A stretch of 64,000 nucleotides of DNA from Clostridia bacterium. GTDB taxonomy: Bacteria; Bacillota; Clostridia; Oscillospirales; CAG-272. Numbering within the stretch: the first letter of the stretch is position 1; each line of letters starts with the position of its first letter. Below the pieces are notes generated by a model. That model was not told the origin of the DNA. It saw only the letters and a program-made list of their open reading frames with translations, and searched no databases. This document shows, in pieces, positions 49,094 to 58,112 of this stretch. A program made the translations under genes and the position numbers. The stretch covers positions 8,527-72,526 of the forward strand of contig JAFUQQ010000013.1 of NCBI GenBank assembly GCA_017472285.1, written 5' to 3'.

Positions 49094-49427
49094 TGTTTTT
49101 GATGTACTTTTCTTGTGTAAAGAAAAGTACCAAAAGATACACAAGCGTTCCGCTTGACCGAGGGTGCCGATTTTTAAAGTTTTATTATTTGAGTCTGCAC
49201 ACGGTAGTCATAAGTGCGGGAAGGGAAAGAAAAGAAATCTTTGCCAAAATAAAGTGCGCGTTCTTCAAGTTCGCAAAACATTTACCGCCATGCGCCTATC
49301 AGGCGGAAAGTAGCCTGATATGAAGCATGGTGACTCCGTAACAAATCTGCACCCGCGATCGAACTGCAAGTTCGTCTGCTTCTTTTTGCAACTTTTTCTT
49401 TCAGACAAAGAAAAAGTTGAGAAACCC
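49094..49427. repeat. REPIN/BIME-like element: two inverted family A arms around a spacer of about 170 bp
   Basis: Left arm (49094-49172) and reverse-complemented right arm (49343-49427) share the layout hairpin-CAAAA(A)GA-small hairpin-GA.CG.GGGTGC.GATTT. Confidence 0.7.
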
Positions 49428-49449
49428 ATAGAGAAAAAACAAAATAATA

Positions 49450-50925
49450 TCAATTCCAATACGGCAAATATTTTCTGGGATCAACGGTAACGTAAGAACT
49501 GCCCTGTTTGATGCGGATCTCAAAATGTAGATGTGTGCCTGCGAGGGGATCGCTCGCGGTGGGTGCGGGATTGACTCTGCCCGTATTGCCGCTGTAACCA
49601 ATGACCTGTCCGCCCGAAACGCGCTGACCGACGGAAACGGTCTTGCTTTTCAGATGCGCGTAATAGGAACGCATACCGTCGTCGTGTTCGATCACGACGT
49701 ATGTGCCATAAGTCCAGAGAATATTGTCCGTGGAAAAATAACCTTCGTTATAAGCGGCAATGACCGTGCCGCTTTTAATTGCGCAGATGGGCTCACCGTA
49801 CCATACGCCGAAATCCAGAGCGCGATGGGATGAACTGAAACTTTGCGTTACAGGATAATTATAACCGCCGTGCGCAGCATCGCGGAAGGGCATATAATAC
49901 GTTTCTTCTTTTTTTGTGCCGATGATGATGACTTCTTCCACGGGAGCTACTGTTTTTTCGGAAATGATTTCACGGGAGGATTCGTTTCCTTTATAATATG
50001 TAATTTGATACGTTTTTTCCGTATATCCGTTTACACCTGCCGTTTTCAGTTTTTTCAGACCGTAATCAAGGGTTTCATCATATTCATACCGTGTCGTATA
50101 TGCGACGGGATTTTCTTTGACCGTTTCGGTTTTCTCCGTGACGATTGGCTTGGTACCAATGCGGATAACTTCATTAACGGGAGCAAAAACGGAAGATGAT
50201 ATGAGTTTTCTCGAAATTTCTTTATTGTTTTCATACGTTATGAGATAAGTCTGAAGTGTATAACCGTTTTTACCTGTTGTTACAACGTTCCTTTCATCTT
50301 CATAGCGGGTATCATCATAAGTATATACCGTTTCAAAGGGGATGACGTTCGTCGTTTGGTTTTCCATTTTTTCCGTTCTGACGATTTTCATGCCGATGAG
50401 TACGACGGCATCCACACGTTCCGTCAATATTTCTCTTGTTTGCGAAACGTCGGTAACGGTATCGTTTTCATAAGTCGTGACAGTCGTTACTTTGATCTTG
50501 CCGTCAACGCCTTTTTGTTTCTGAACGTGCGTACCTTTTTCATGGTCGGCGGAATATTCATATCTTGTCTGAAATGCTTCTGTGACGATCTCCTCGGTGA
50601 TCTCCGTGCGGACAGAAACGACCTTTTCGGTTTCCGCCTCGGTTTTGGAGGTTTCTTCTGTGACGGCGGTATCGGGAACGACGGGAGAGGGAACAGTTGT
50701 CTGCGCGGTCTGCGTTTGCGTGGTTTGAGAAGATGCTGTTGTTTCGGATGCGATGAGATCGAAAAATTCCGATTGAGAAACGTAAGTCTGCTCTGCGGGC
50801 GGAAGCTCGGGGATCTGTGCGTTGTCTGCACAGGAAGTCAATTGAAGTGCGGTTGCGGCTGCGAGGAATGAGAGGAAAACGGTCTTTCTTTCGCGTCTTC
50901 CGAAACTGTTGTCATGAAATTTCAT
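49450..50925 (-). CDS. G5-domain M23 family peptidase (lipoprotein)
   Basis: Lipobox LTSC; three G5-like repeats; HRALD, YYAHL, GNTG, HLHFEI. Confidence 0.9.
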   Translation of the reverse strand: MKFHDNSFGRRERKTVFLSFLAAATALQLTSCADNAQIPELPPAEQTYVSQSEFFDLIASETTASSQTTQTQTAQTTVPSPVVPDTAVTEETSKTEAETEKVVSVRTEITEEIVTEAFQTRYEYSADHEKGTHVQKQKGVDGKIKVTTVTTYENDTVTDVSQTREILTERVDAVVLIGMKIVRTEKMENQTTNVIPFETVYTYDDTRYEDERNVVTTGKNGYTLQTYLITYENNKEISRKLISSSVFAPVNEVIRIGTKPIVTEKTETVKENPVAYTTRYEYDETLDYGLKKLKTAGVNGYTEKTYQITYYKGNESSREIISEKTVAPVEEVIIIGTKKEETYYMPFRDAAHGGYNYPVTQSFSSSHRALDFGVWYGEPICAIKSGTVIAAYNEGYFSTDNILWTYGTYVVIEHDDGMRSYYAHLKSKTVSVGQRVSGGQVIGYSGNTGRVNPAPTASDPLAGTHLHFEIRIKQGSSYVTVDPRKYLPYWN

Positions 50926-51243
50926 CTTTGGAAAGTTCTCCTTTTTTTGTATTGATGAGACAATTATAAACCACCTTTTGTTTTCCATCAATGCAAAATG
51001 ATTTCCTTGCGAGGTTGATCTTTCCATCCTGAATCATATCCATACCGATCGGAAACGAAAAGAAAACAATTTCATAAAAAAGAAAAGAAATTTTCAAAGA
51101 AGCTTTACAAATCATGAAATGATATCCATGCCGCTTTCCTTTATTATACCTTATAATTCCAAAATATTCAACAGGAAAAAGAAATTTTTTGCAACCGTTT
51201 CCAAACTCATCGAAAAAGAGAAACAAGGGTCGATGCCCTTGTT

Positions 51244-51930
51244 TCAGATATCATATTTGATTTTGATTCTGCCGAGTTTTTCTCCGAAGGGTTTCGCAAG
51301 AAAGAACAAAAAGAGAAAATTGGAGAGGGTATAGAGGATCGTATGCGGCAGAGCCGTCAGGATGGCGGCGAGATAAAGCTCTGCTTGCAGACCGCTGTTA
51401 TACCAGAGGACCGTCCATACGTCCATGACCAAGGAAAAGACGATGCCCGAAAAAACACCGTAGAGCATGAGCAGAACACGGCTTTTTTGGAGCGGTTTTT
51501 GCAGATAACCCGCGATCAGACCGATCATTCCCCAGGCAAGCATCTGGAACGGTGTCCAAGGTCCTTGTCCGAAATAGAAATTGGAGATCAAGGCGGAAAG
51601 TGCGCCGACCATAAATCCCGATTCACCTCCGAGCCAGACTGCCGTAATGACCGTCAGAGCCGTAACGGGCTTGAAAAAGGGAATGAATCTGCCGACGACG
51701 GAGAGCGCGATCATGACCGAAACGATCACAAGCCGTCTTGCGCCGATTTTTTTTCGTTCAAATCCGGCGGCAAAGAGCAGAAGTGTCAGAATCGCGATGA
51801 AAAAAGAAATAAAGATATGTTTTTTTTCATCAAAAACGAGTGTGCCGAAGATCGCAGCCGAGGGAATCAGTACAAAAGGAATCACCATCTTTAAGATGCG
51901 GCGGAGGCGTTTGCTTCTGATCTCGATCAT
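51244..51930 (-). CDS. ECF transporter S component (CbrT-like)
   Basis: GRFIPFFKPV, SNFYFGQGPWTPFQM..WG. Confidence 0.88.
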   Translation of the reverse strand: MIEIRSKRLRRILKMVIPFVLIPSAAIFGTLVFDEKKHIFISFFIAILTLLLFAAGFERKKIGARRLVIVSVMIALSVVGRFIPFFKPVTALTVITAVWLGGESGFMVGALSALISNFYFGQGPWTPFQMLAWGMIGLIAGYLQKPLQKSRVLLMLYGVFSGIVFSLVMDVWTVLWYNSGLQAELYLAAILTALPHTILYTLSNFLFLFFLAKPFGEKLGRIKIKYDI

Positions 51931-51931
51931 A

Positions 51932-53551
51932 TCAGGACTCCTTTCTTCCGTTCAACCGGCAAAGCTCTGTGATATCCTCGACCGTGACGGCATGGTCAAA
52001 AAAGCCTTTGCTCATTCGGAAAGCCGCCGTCGTATAGAAACGGTTTTCTGAGAAAAATCCGCGCGGTGTGCCGACGGAAACGATATCGCCGCGGAAAAAC
52101 AAAGCGCATCGATCCGCGCACAGCGCGGCAAATTCCACGTCATGCGTGACGATCAGGAGCGTCAAACCTTTGGCTTTCAAATCGCGGATGACGTTGAGGA
52201 GCGCAAGCTTCTTTTTCGCATCAAGTCCTTTGGTCGGTTCGTCCATCAGCAGTAATTTCGGTTTTGCCGCCAGCGTTTTGGCAAGGGCAAGAAGCTGTTG
52301 TTCGCCGCCCGAAAGATCATAGGGATGCCGTTCATAAAGATGGGAAAGGGAAAAGGGAAGTTCCTGTTCCGCGACAGAAGCATCTTCCAATTCTTCACGA
52401 ACGGTATTTCTTAAAAATACGCTTTGCACGTCTTGCGGCAGAAGCGCAAGACAATTTTGATAAAGACTTTGCCCTGTATATGCTTTCAGTTTTTTGCCGA
52501 ATACACGGATCTGTCCGCCATAAATTTTTCGGATTCCCGCCGCACAGGAAAGAGCCGTCGTTTTTCCCGAACCGTTACCGCCGAGAATACAGAAAATCTC
52601 ATTTTCATAAACGGTGAGATTCGTTTCATGCAGAACGTCGGGAAGCTCCTTTTCGTATCGGAAGCAGACATTCTGAAATTCCAGAGCTTTTTCTTTTTTG
52701 TGAATATCCTCCTGCGGAGGAATTTGACGGATATCGTTGCGAAAATTGTTCTCTAAAAAATTTCTGCCTTCGCGGAGCGTCAAGGGGCAGACTCCCTTTC
52801 CCGAAAGCGCATGATACAGTCTTGCGGCTGTGGGCATGGCGGGAAGCAGGCTGTCATCTGCGGAAAGCGTTCCGATCACGTCACGGGGAGCGCCGTTTTT
52901 CAGAAGCGCGCCGTTTTCCATGATGAGAAGCCGATCACACATCGGAATCAATTCTTCCAGACGGTGTTCCGCGATCAGAACCGTCAGGGAAAGATCGCGG
53001 TTGAGTTTTTTCAGCGTACCGAGAAAATCGGAGGTTGCGATCGGATCGAGCTGTGAAGTCGGCTCGTCAAGGATCAGGATATCGGGATCCATGACCATGA
53101 CGGATGCGAGATTCAGAAGCTGTTTCTGACCGCCCGAGAGCGTGGAAACGTCGCGTTCAAACCAATCTTCGATACCGAAATACGATGCCATTTCCGCCAC
53201 TCTGCGCGCGATCACGTTCTGCGGTAAGCCGAGATTTTCAAGCCCGAAGGCAAGCTCCGAATATACTTTATCCGTAACGAGCTGTTCATCGGGACGTTGC
53301 ATCACAAAACCGATACGTGCCGCCGATACCGTTTCGATCGCCTCATTTTTCAGAAAAATCTCGCCGTTTTCCGTTCCGCGCGGTGTGATCTGCCGTTTGA
53401 GAAGGCGCAGAAGCGTGGATTTTCCGCTCCCCGTTGCGCCGCAAAGGACGGTAAACGCACCTTCTTCGATCGAAAAAGATACGTTTTTCACAGCGCTTTC
53501 TTCGCAAAGCGGATAAGTAAAGGTCAGATCTTTGACCGTAAGTATTGCCAT
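51932..53551 (-). CDS. ECF transporter double ATPase subunit
   Basis: GATGSGKS, LSGGQKQ, DEPT; GGNGSGKT, HPYDLSGGEQQ. Confidence 0.92.
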   Translation of the reverse strand: MAILTVKDLTFTYPLCEESAVKNVSFSIEEGAFTVLCGATGSGKSTLLRLLKRQITPRGTENGEIFLKNEAIETVSAARIGFVMQRPDEQLVTDKVYSELAFGLENLGLPQNVIARRVAEMASYFGIEDWFERDVSTLSGGQKQLLNLASVMVMDPDILILDEPTSQLDPIATSDFLGTLKKLNRDLSLTVLIAEHRLEELIPMCDRLLIMENGALLKNGAPRDVIGTLSADDSLLPAMPTAARLYHALSGKGVCPLTLREGRNFLENNFRNDIRQIPPQEDIHKKEKALEFQNVCFRYEKELPDVLHETNLTVYENEIFCILGGNGSGKTTALSCAAGIRKIYGGQIRVFGKKLKAYTGQSLYQNCLALLPQDVQSVFLRNTVREELEDASVAEQELPFSLSHLYERHPYDLSGGEQQLLALAKTLAAKPKLLLMDEPTKGLDAKKKLALLNVIRDLKAKGLTLLIVTHDVEFAALCADRCALFFRGDIVSVGTPRGFFSENRFYTTAAFRMSKGFFDHAVTVEDITELCRLNGRKES

Positions 53552-54402
53552 TTGAGTTTTTCCCCCGTTTCTGCAAAGATCGGTATCATCATCAGAATAC
53601 CGTAAGATAAATAAGAAGCGATGCCGAGTGGTGTGGATTCCGTAAACGTAAGCATGGGATAAAACGCAAAATCCAATGCGCCCCATGCAAGTCCGAGTGC
53701 CGTCATACCCGTACAGAGTATAATCACGCAAAGCAAAAGGATATCGGACGTTCCGAAACGGAATCGGGAATAATACGTCCGTTTTCCCGTACCGTAAGCG
53801 CGCGCTTCCATGCTGTCTGCGGTCGTGATGCCGTTTTCCAATGCCCATGTGATGAGGATGGAAAAAACACGGAGATCACACCGAAGTTTATCAAAAATAT
53901 TATCGTCTTTATAAAGTCCGAGTGCTTTTTGCGTTTCGGTGATTTTTTTTGCCCGTTCTCTGAAAAGCGGAACGTAACGGAGTCCCATGGAAAGCACGAG
54001 TGCTACCTTGGGCGAAAATCTGCCGAAAACGTAGAGCAATTTATCACGTGTCATGATATCCGTAAACGTGCGGAACAGATAAAAGACCGTGACGAGTATG
54101 CCCGCGCTGACAAAGCCGTAGACCGTCGCTTCCAACGTAATAGGCGCATCGTTGATGACGAAAAGCACCGTTTTTCCGTTATGGGATACGAGCGGGTTGA
54201 CGAGCCCCAGAACGATGAAGATTAGAAAAAAATACAGATGGGAACGCGCGTTTTTCTGTCCGTTGCGAAGCAGAAAATGAGCGATCGCACCGATCGCGCC
54301 GAAAAGCAAAAGAATCGGATTTTGCGAAAACATCAGGATTCCAGCGGCAGACAAATAGTAAATACAGATCACGATGGGATTATATGCGGAGATGGATTTC
54401 AT
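53524..54402 (-). CDS. ECF transporter T component
   Basis: LRYVP, ENGITTADSMEARAYG. Confidence 0.9.
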   Translation of the reverse strand: MKSISAYNPIVICIYYLSAAGILMFSQNPILLLFGAIGAIAHFLLRNGQKNARSHLYFFLIFIVLGLVNPLVSHNGKTVLFVINDAPITLEATVYGFVSAGILVTVFYLFRTFTDIMTRDKLLYVFGRFSPKVALVLSMGLRYVPLFRERAKKITETQKALGLYKDDNIFDKLRCDLRVFSILITWALENGITTADSMEARAYGTGKRTYYSRFRFGTSDILLLCVIILCTGMTALGLAWGALDFAFYPMLTFTESTPLGIASYLSYGILMMIPIFAETGEKLKWQYLRSKI

Positions 54403-54403
54403 A

Positions 54404-55984
54404 TCATTCCCCTTTTCCGAGATCGAGCGTATATTCCCATACGACCGTATCGCCGTCTTTCAAAACGTATGCACCCGCGCTGACGGAAGGACGCTCGCCG
54501 TTGACGGAATATTGCCAGCCCGAAAGATCACCGAAATCAAATTCATAAAGATAAGCGATACCCGAGATATACGCCATCTTTGCCGTGCCGTTATTTTCGA
54601 TCTGTATCTGATATTTTTTTGCGGCTTCCGTCAAAATCTGATATACCGTATCGCCTTCTTCGATTACAAAAGAGGTTTCCGTAAGGATAACGCCATTTTC
54701 GGGAATGTGTTTTTCACGTCCCGCGACCGTATCGCAACGTATTTCCATCGTGACCGTGCCGATCGGATTTTCCTTGACCGCATCCGCGCCGTTATAATAA
54801 TCATCCACACTCTGAAAATCGATCATAAGTACCGCGCAGACGATCAAAGCTGTTACGATCAATACCGCAAGAAAATTCTTGGGATTTCGTTTTTTACAGA
54901 TAAAAAGAACCAGACAAACGATTCCGCCCGTGAGAACGACCGCAAGGCAGATGATCGCTTTGATATTCAGCCCTTTGGTTTCTGGCTGTTCGGCGGTGTT
55001 ATCCTTTTCTTGCGGAAGCTCTGCGTTTTCGGGATTTGCTCGGTCGAAAAGATAAACGGAATCTTCACCGTTTTGCATATGGAGATATGCGGTTGCCGCT
55101 AAAAATACCTGAACGGTTGCCACCTCGTTGGCATCACCGCCTTCCGTATGACAAAAATCACCGCTCGGTAAACGGTATTTCAGAATACCGTCCCAAAGCG
55201 TATTTCCGTTTTTGATGAATCTGCCGTCCGTTTCGGAATCGATGCCAAGAGCGGAAAGGGCGATCATAACTTGCGCCGTGCTTTCGGGATTGGGTACGCC
55301 GTAGCTTGAAAAATCACCGTTTTCCGATTGTCTTGCCGATAAGAATGCAAGCGCATTTTCTACGGAAATGGCAACGTCCGCATCCTTTTTATAATAGGGC
55401 GCAAGTGCCTGTACCGTCATGGCGGTCGCATCTACGTCGCTGTATTCTCCTGAAACGGAAAAGCCGCCGTCCTTATGCTGTAAGGAAAGGAGTTTTTCTT
55501 TGACGATTGATGCCGTCCATTCGCCGTTTTGATAGCCGTTATTTAGAAGATGCAGACCGAAAATGAAACTCATCAGCCCTTGCTTGCCGATAGAATCTTC
55601 AATCGTTTGCAGAATATACGAATCCGTGCTGCCGATTGCGGAAAGGCAGAGTGCGTATTTCAATCGGGAGGATGCCGATGAAACTTTATTGTTTTTCAGA
55701 TAAGTCAGTAACGCTTCTTCATAGGAAGAAAAATCAAGCGTTTCATCATGCGCGAGGGCAAGAATATAAAATTCTGCGCCAATTCCCGCGTTTTCGGTCA
55801 AAAATCCGTCAACGAAGCTCTGAAAAGCATTTTTCCCAAAAACACCTTGGGAGGCGAGGATATCCTGAGGGATATCCGCCGCCTCCGCTCTGGAAGTATT
55901 CGTGTCGGCAAGACAAGGAATGGAAAAAAGAAATACGAAAACCAGACAAATGCTTGCGAGGGATAAGATTTTATTTTTCTTCAT
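54404..55984 (-). CDS. Prenyltransferase/squalene-oxidase-repeat barrel plus DUF4430 protein, putative corrinoid-binding
   Basis: Signal peptide; LQHKDGGF, DVDATAM, QSENGDF repeats; two transmembrane helices; C-terminal YISGI..LYE..FG..SGWQYSVNG. Confidence 0.8.
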   Translation of the reverse strand: MKKNKILSLASICLVFVFLFSIPCLADTNTSRAEAADIPQDILASQGVFGKNAFQSFVDGFLTENAGIGAEFYILALAHDETLDFSSYEEALLTYLKNNKVSSASSRLKYALCLSAIGSTDSYILQTIEDSIGKQGLMSFIFGLHLLNNGYQNGEWTASIVKEKLLSLQHKDGGFSVSGEYSDVDATAMTVQALAPYYKKDADVAISVENALAFLSARQSENGDFSSYGVPNPESTAQVMIALSALGIDSETDGRFIKNGNTLWDGILKYRLPSGDFCHTEGGDANEVATVQVFLAATAYLHMQNGEDSVYLFDRANPENAELPQEKDNTAEQPETKGLNIKAIICLAVVLTGGIVCLVLFICKKRNPKNFLAVLIVTALIVCAVLMIDFQSVDDYYNGADAVKENPIGTVTMEIRCDTVAGREKHIPENGVILTETSFVIEEGDTVYQILTEAAKKYQIQIENNGTAKMAYISGIAYLYEFDFGDLSGWQYSVNGERPSVSAGAYVLKDGDTVVWEYTLDLGKGE

Positions 55985-56777
55985 TTTTCTTTTTCAGGAG
56001 AGAGATGACAATGGGTACGATGGCAACAATGACGACTGCGGTGCAGACGATCGGGAGGATGAGGATAGACATGGTATCATTCGCTGTGACGGTTACCTTG
56101 CATACGGGAGGAACGAGTGTCTGCGTATCGCTGACCGCGCTGACGACAAGCTCGCCCGTCTTGTCAAGTTTTACAGTCACTTTACCTTCTGCATCGGTTT
56201 TGTATTCGGTCGTTTCGCCATCGATTGTGATCGTAGCATTCGCAACGGGAAGTGTAACGGGGGCATAATTTTCATCGTAACCTGCCGCTTTCAGCGTCAG
56301 TGTCAGTTCGCTGTTCTTTTCCGCTTCTGCCGTCGGAATATCAAAGTAGCAATACGTATCGCTCCATGTGGTAAGATCCGTATAGATAAAAGCGTTGACA
56401 CGGTCGCCATCCTTCACGGGTGTTGTCAGACCCATGGCGGAAGCGTTATTCACGTAATAACCGTAAGAGCCGCCGTTTTCCACGCCCCAGAGCTTCATAA
56501 GGGAAAGTCCCCATTCGGTGTTGGCTGTACCGTAACCCGCCGCGGCACCGCCGTCATATTTTGCTTCATGTGCCGCATAAAGCACGTCGCTAATCGTGAG
56601 CGAACCGTCGTTATCCGTGTCGGTAACGGCGATCTTTTCCTGTGCCAAGACCAATTTTCCTTCTTCGTCTGCGATCGTCACGTAGACGTTTGTCGTGTTG
56701 TCGTCCGCGGATGCCGTAAGACAGAATACGCTGACGAGCATTAGAATCGACAGAGTGAGTGTGATGAGTTTTTTCAT
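55971..56777 (-). CDS. Cell-surface protein with a DUF4430-like domain and C-terminal membrane anchor
   Basis: Signal peptide; LWG..NG..YGYYVNN; Ig-like segment; C-terminal transmembrane helix plus KKK. Confidence 0.7.
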   Translation of the reverse strand: MKKLITLTLSILMLVSVFCLTASADDNTTNVYVTIADEEGKLVLAQEKIAVTDTDNDGSLTISDVLYAAHEAKYDGGAAAGYGTANTEWGLSLMKLWGVENGGSYGYYVNNASAMGLTTPVKDGDRVNAFIYTDLTTWSDTYCYFDIPTAEAEKNSELTLTLKAAGYDENYAPVTLPVANATITIDGETTEYKTDAEGKVTVKLDKTGELVVSAVSDTQTLVPPVCKVTVTANDTMSILILPIVCTAVVIVAIVPIVISLLKKKNEEK

Positions 56778-56821
56778 TTTTTTGAGTCCTCTTTCTTGAA
56801 ATTTTTATATAAATATTAAAT

Positions 56822-57118
56822 TTATACCGAATGTTTTTTCAGGCTCAAAGCCTCTTTTTTGCGTTCCGTCTGCGCGCGTTTGGTGCGGATGCGTTTTTCT
56901 TTGTTTTTCTCCGCTTTGCCGTCGTCACGCGGCGGTTTGATGGCGGCGGCTTCTAGTGCGCGCGGCCAAGGTCCGAGAAAGGCTTTGATCGCAACGATCT
57001 CCCGCTCGGAAAAATCCGAACGCTTTGGATAGCGTTCGATGCCTTGCGAGCGCAATTCTTCATATTTTTCCTGTAAAAGAAGAACGCAATCTTCTTTCTG
57101 ATACGTTTTTTCCGTCAT
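56822..57118 (-). CDS. Small hypothetical protein, first gene of the B12-regulated operon
   Basis: SD GGAGG; R.PK.SDF...IKAFLGPWPRALEAA motif; basic C-terminus. Confidence 0.7.
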   Translation of the reverse strand: MTEKTYQKEDCVLLLQEKYEELRSQGIERYPKRSDFSEREIVAIKAFLGPWPRALEAAAIKPPRDDGKAEKNKEKRIRTKRAQTERKKEALSLKKHSV

Positions 57119-57147
57119 AAATCCTCCGTAAGCGTTGATTTTACATA

Positions 57148-57189
57148 AAAGAAAAACGCTTTTTTATTGCAAGACAATAAAAAAGCGTA
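57148..57189 (-). terminator. Expression-platform terminator of the riboswitch
   Basis: Minus strand acgcttttttattg-tcttg-caataaaaaagcgtttttctttt. Confidence 0.75.
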
Positions 57190-57282
57190 GCAATCCTCTC
57201 AGGTATCAATGGATAGACTTCATCCATGATATCAATTGAAAACGGCTACACTTTTCATATCCAAAAATGTTGATACCTTCGC

Positions 57283-57420
57283 TTTTGTCCGATGGGTATT
57301 CCGACTTATGACCATACGATCTTATGATCGTTTGATTAATTACGGTAATGACGGTTGCGACGGATTTTCACCGAACTTCCCCCTCATCCGCGCCGAGCGC
57401 GGAACCGAACAGCGAACCTA
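57283..57420 (-). ncRNA. Cobalamin riboswitch
   Basis: Minus strand GGTTC...ATGAGGGGGAAGTTCGGTGAAAATCCG...CATTACCGTAA...AAGTCGGAATACCC; upstream promoter TTGACA(57467-57462)-17 bp-TAATAT; precedes ECF/DUF4430 genes. Confidence 0.88.
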
Positions 57421-57484
57421 TTTGGTTTTTGTATTTTCATATTACCACTTCTTTTTCCGTTTGTCAAGACGGAAATTACGGATT

Positions 57485-57934
57485 TCAGGGCTGTATTCCG
57501 CCCGTGGTCGTAATGCCCTCGTTGCCATCTGCTCCGTTATACATGGAATAGAAGAAATATTTTGCGGCACCGGGGTCTTCTGCCAAAAGGTTTTTAACGG
57601 CATCGTATACGGCAAAAGGACTGACATTCATATCATCATAACGCAAACGCCAAGTATAATCATAATCCGCTTCCCACGTAAACTCTTGCGCATTTTCGAT
57701 CGTGCGGAGGATCGTATGAAATTTCGGTGTGATTTCATAGCCTTCAAAATGATATTCTTTTCCGTCTGCATTCAAGGTAAGGTTTTCAATGCTGGCATCA
57801 TCATTGAGCATCAGAAAACCCAGAAGCGAAAGCTGATGCTTCATAACCAAGACCATTTCTTCGCAAATTTCCGTATTTCTGACCGTTAATTTTTCTTTTA
57901 CATGATAATAAACACCCATTTTTTTGTTCTCCAA
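57485..57934 (-). CDS. Hypothetical protein, possibly truncated
   Basis: 149-aa ORF with a TTG start and no recognisable motif; the real start may be the ATG at 57919. Confidence 0.45.
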   Translation of the reverse strand: MENKKMGVYYHVKEKLTVRNTEICEEMVLVMKHQLSLLGFLMLNDDASIENLTLNADGKEYHFEGYEITPKFHTILRTIENAQEFTWEADYDYTWRLRYDDMNVSPFAVYDAVKNLLAEDPGAAKYFFYSMYNGADGNEGITTTGGIQP

Positions 57935-58056
57935 TCATAAATTCATTGATTTATATTTTGAAAAACGCGCGTTTTTGATTTCTTTCAGCTGATGTCATCA
58001 TTATACCTGAAAACATCTCATATGTCAATGGGGGGAATTAGACGTGAAAAACAAGG

Positions 58057-58083
58057 AAAAAGCCTGTCGGATACAGGCTTTTT
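58057..58083 (-). terminator. Terminator after the ClC gene
   Basis: aaaagcctgt-cggat-acaggctttt. Confidence 0.65.
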
Positions 58084-58112
58084 CGCGTTTTAAGATAAAA
58101 CGGTTTTTTGAT

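Noticed and set aside
8761-49427. Repeats as a possible CRISPR array
   Set aside because: Copies are dispersed, in both orientations and variable, with no regular spacers and no cas genes.
50912-51334. Short ORFs between the M23 peptidase and ECF S genes
   Set aside because: AT-rich, no convincing SD or motif, and overlapping promoter-like sequence.
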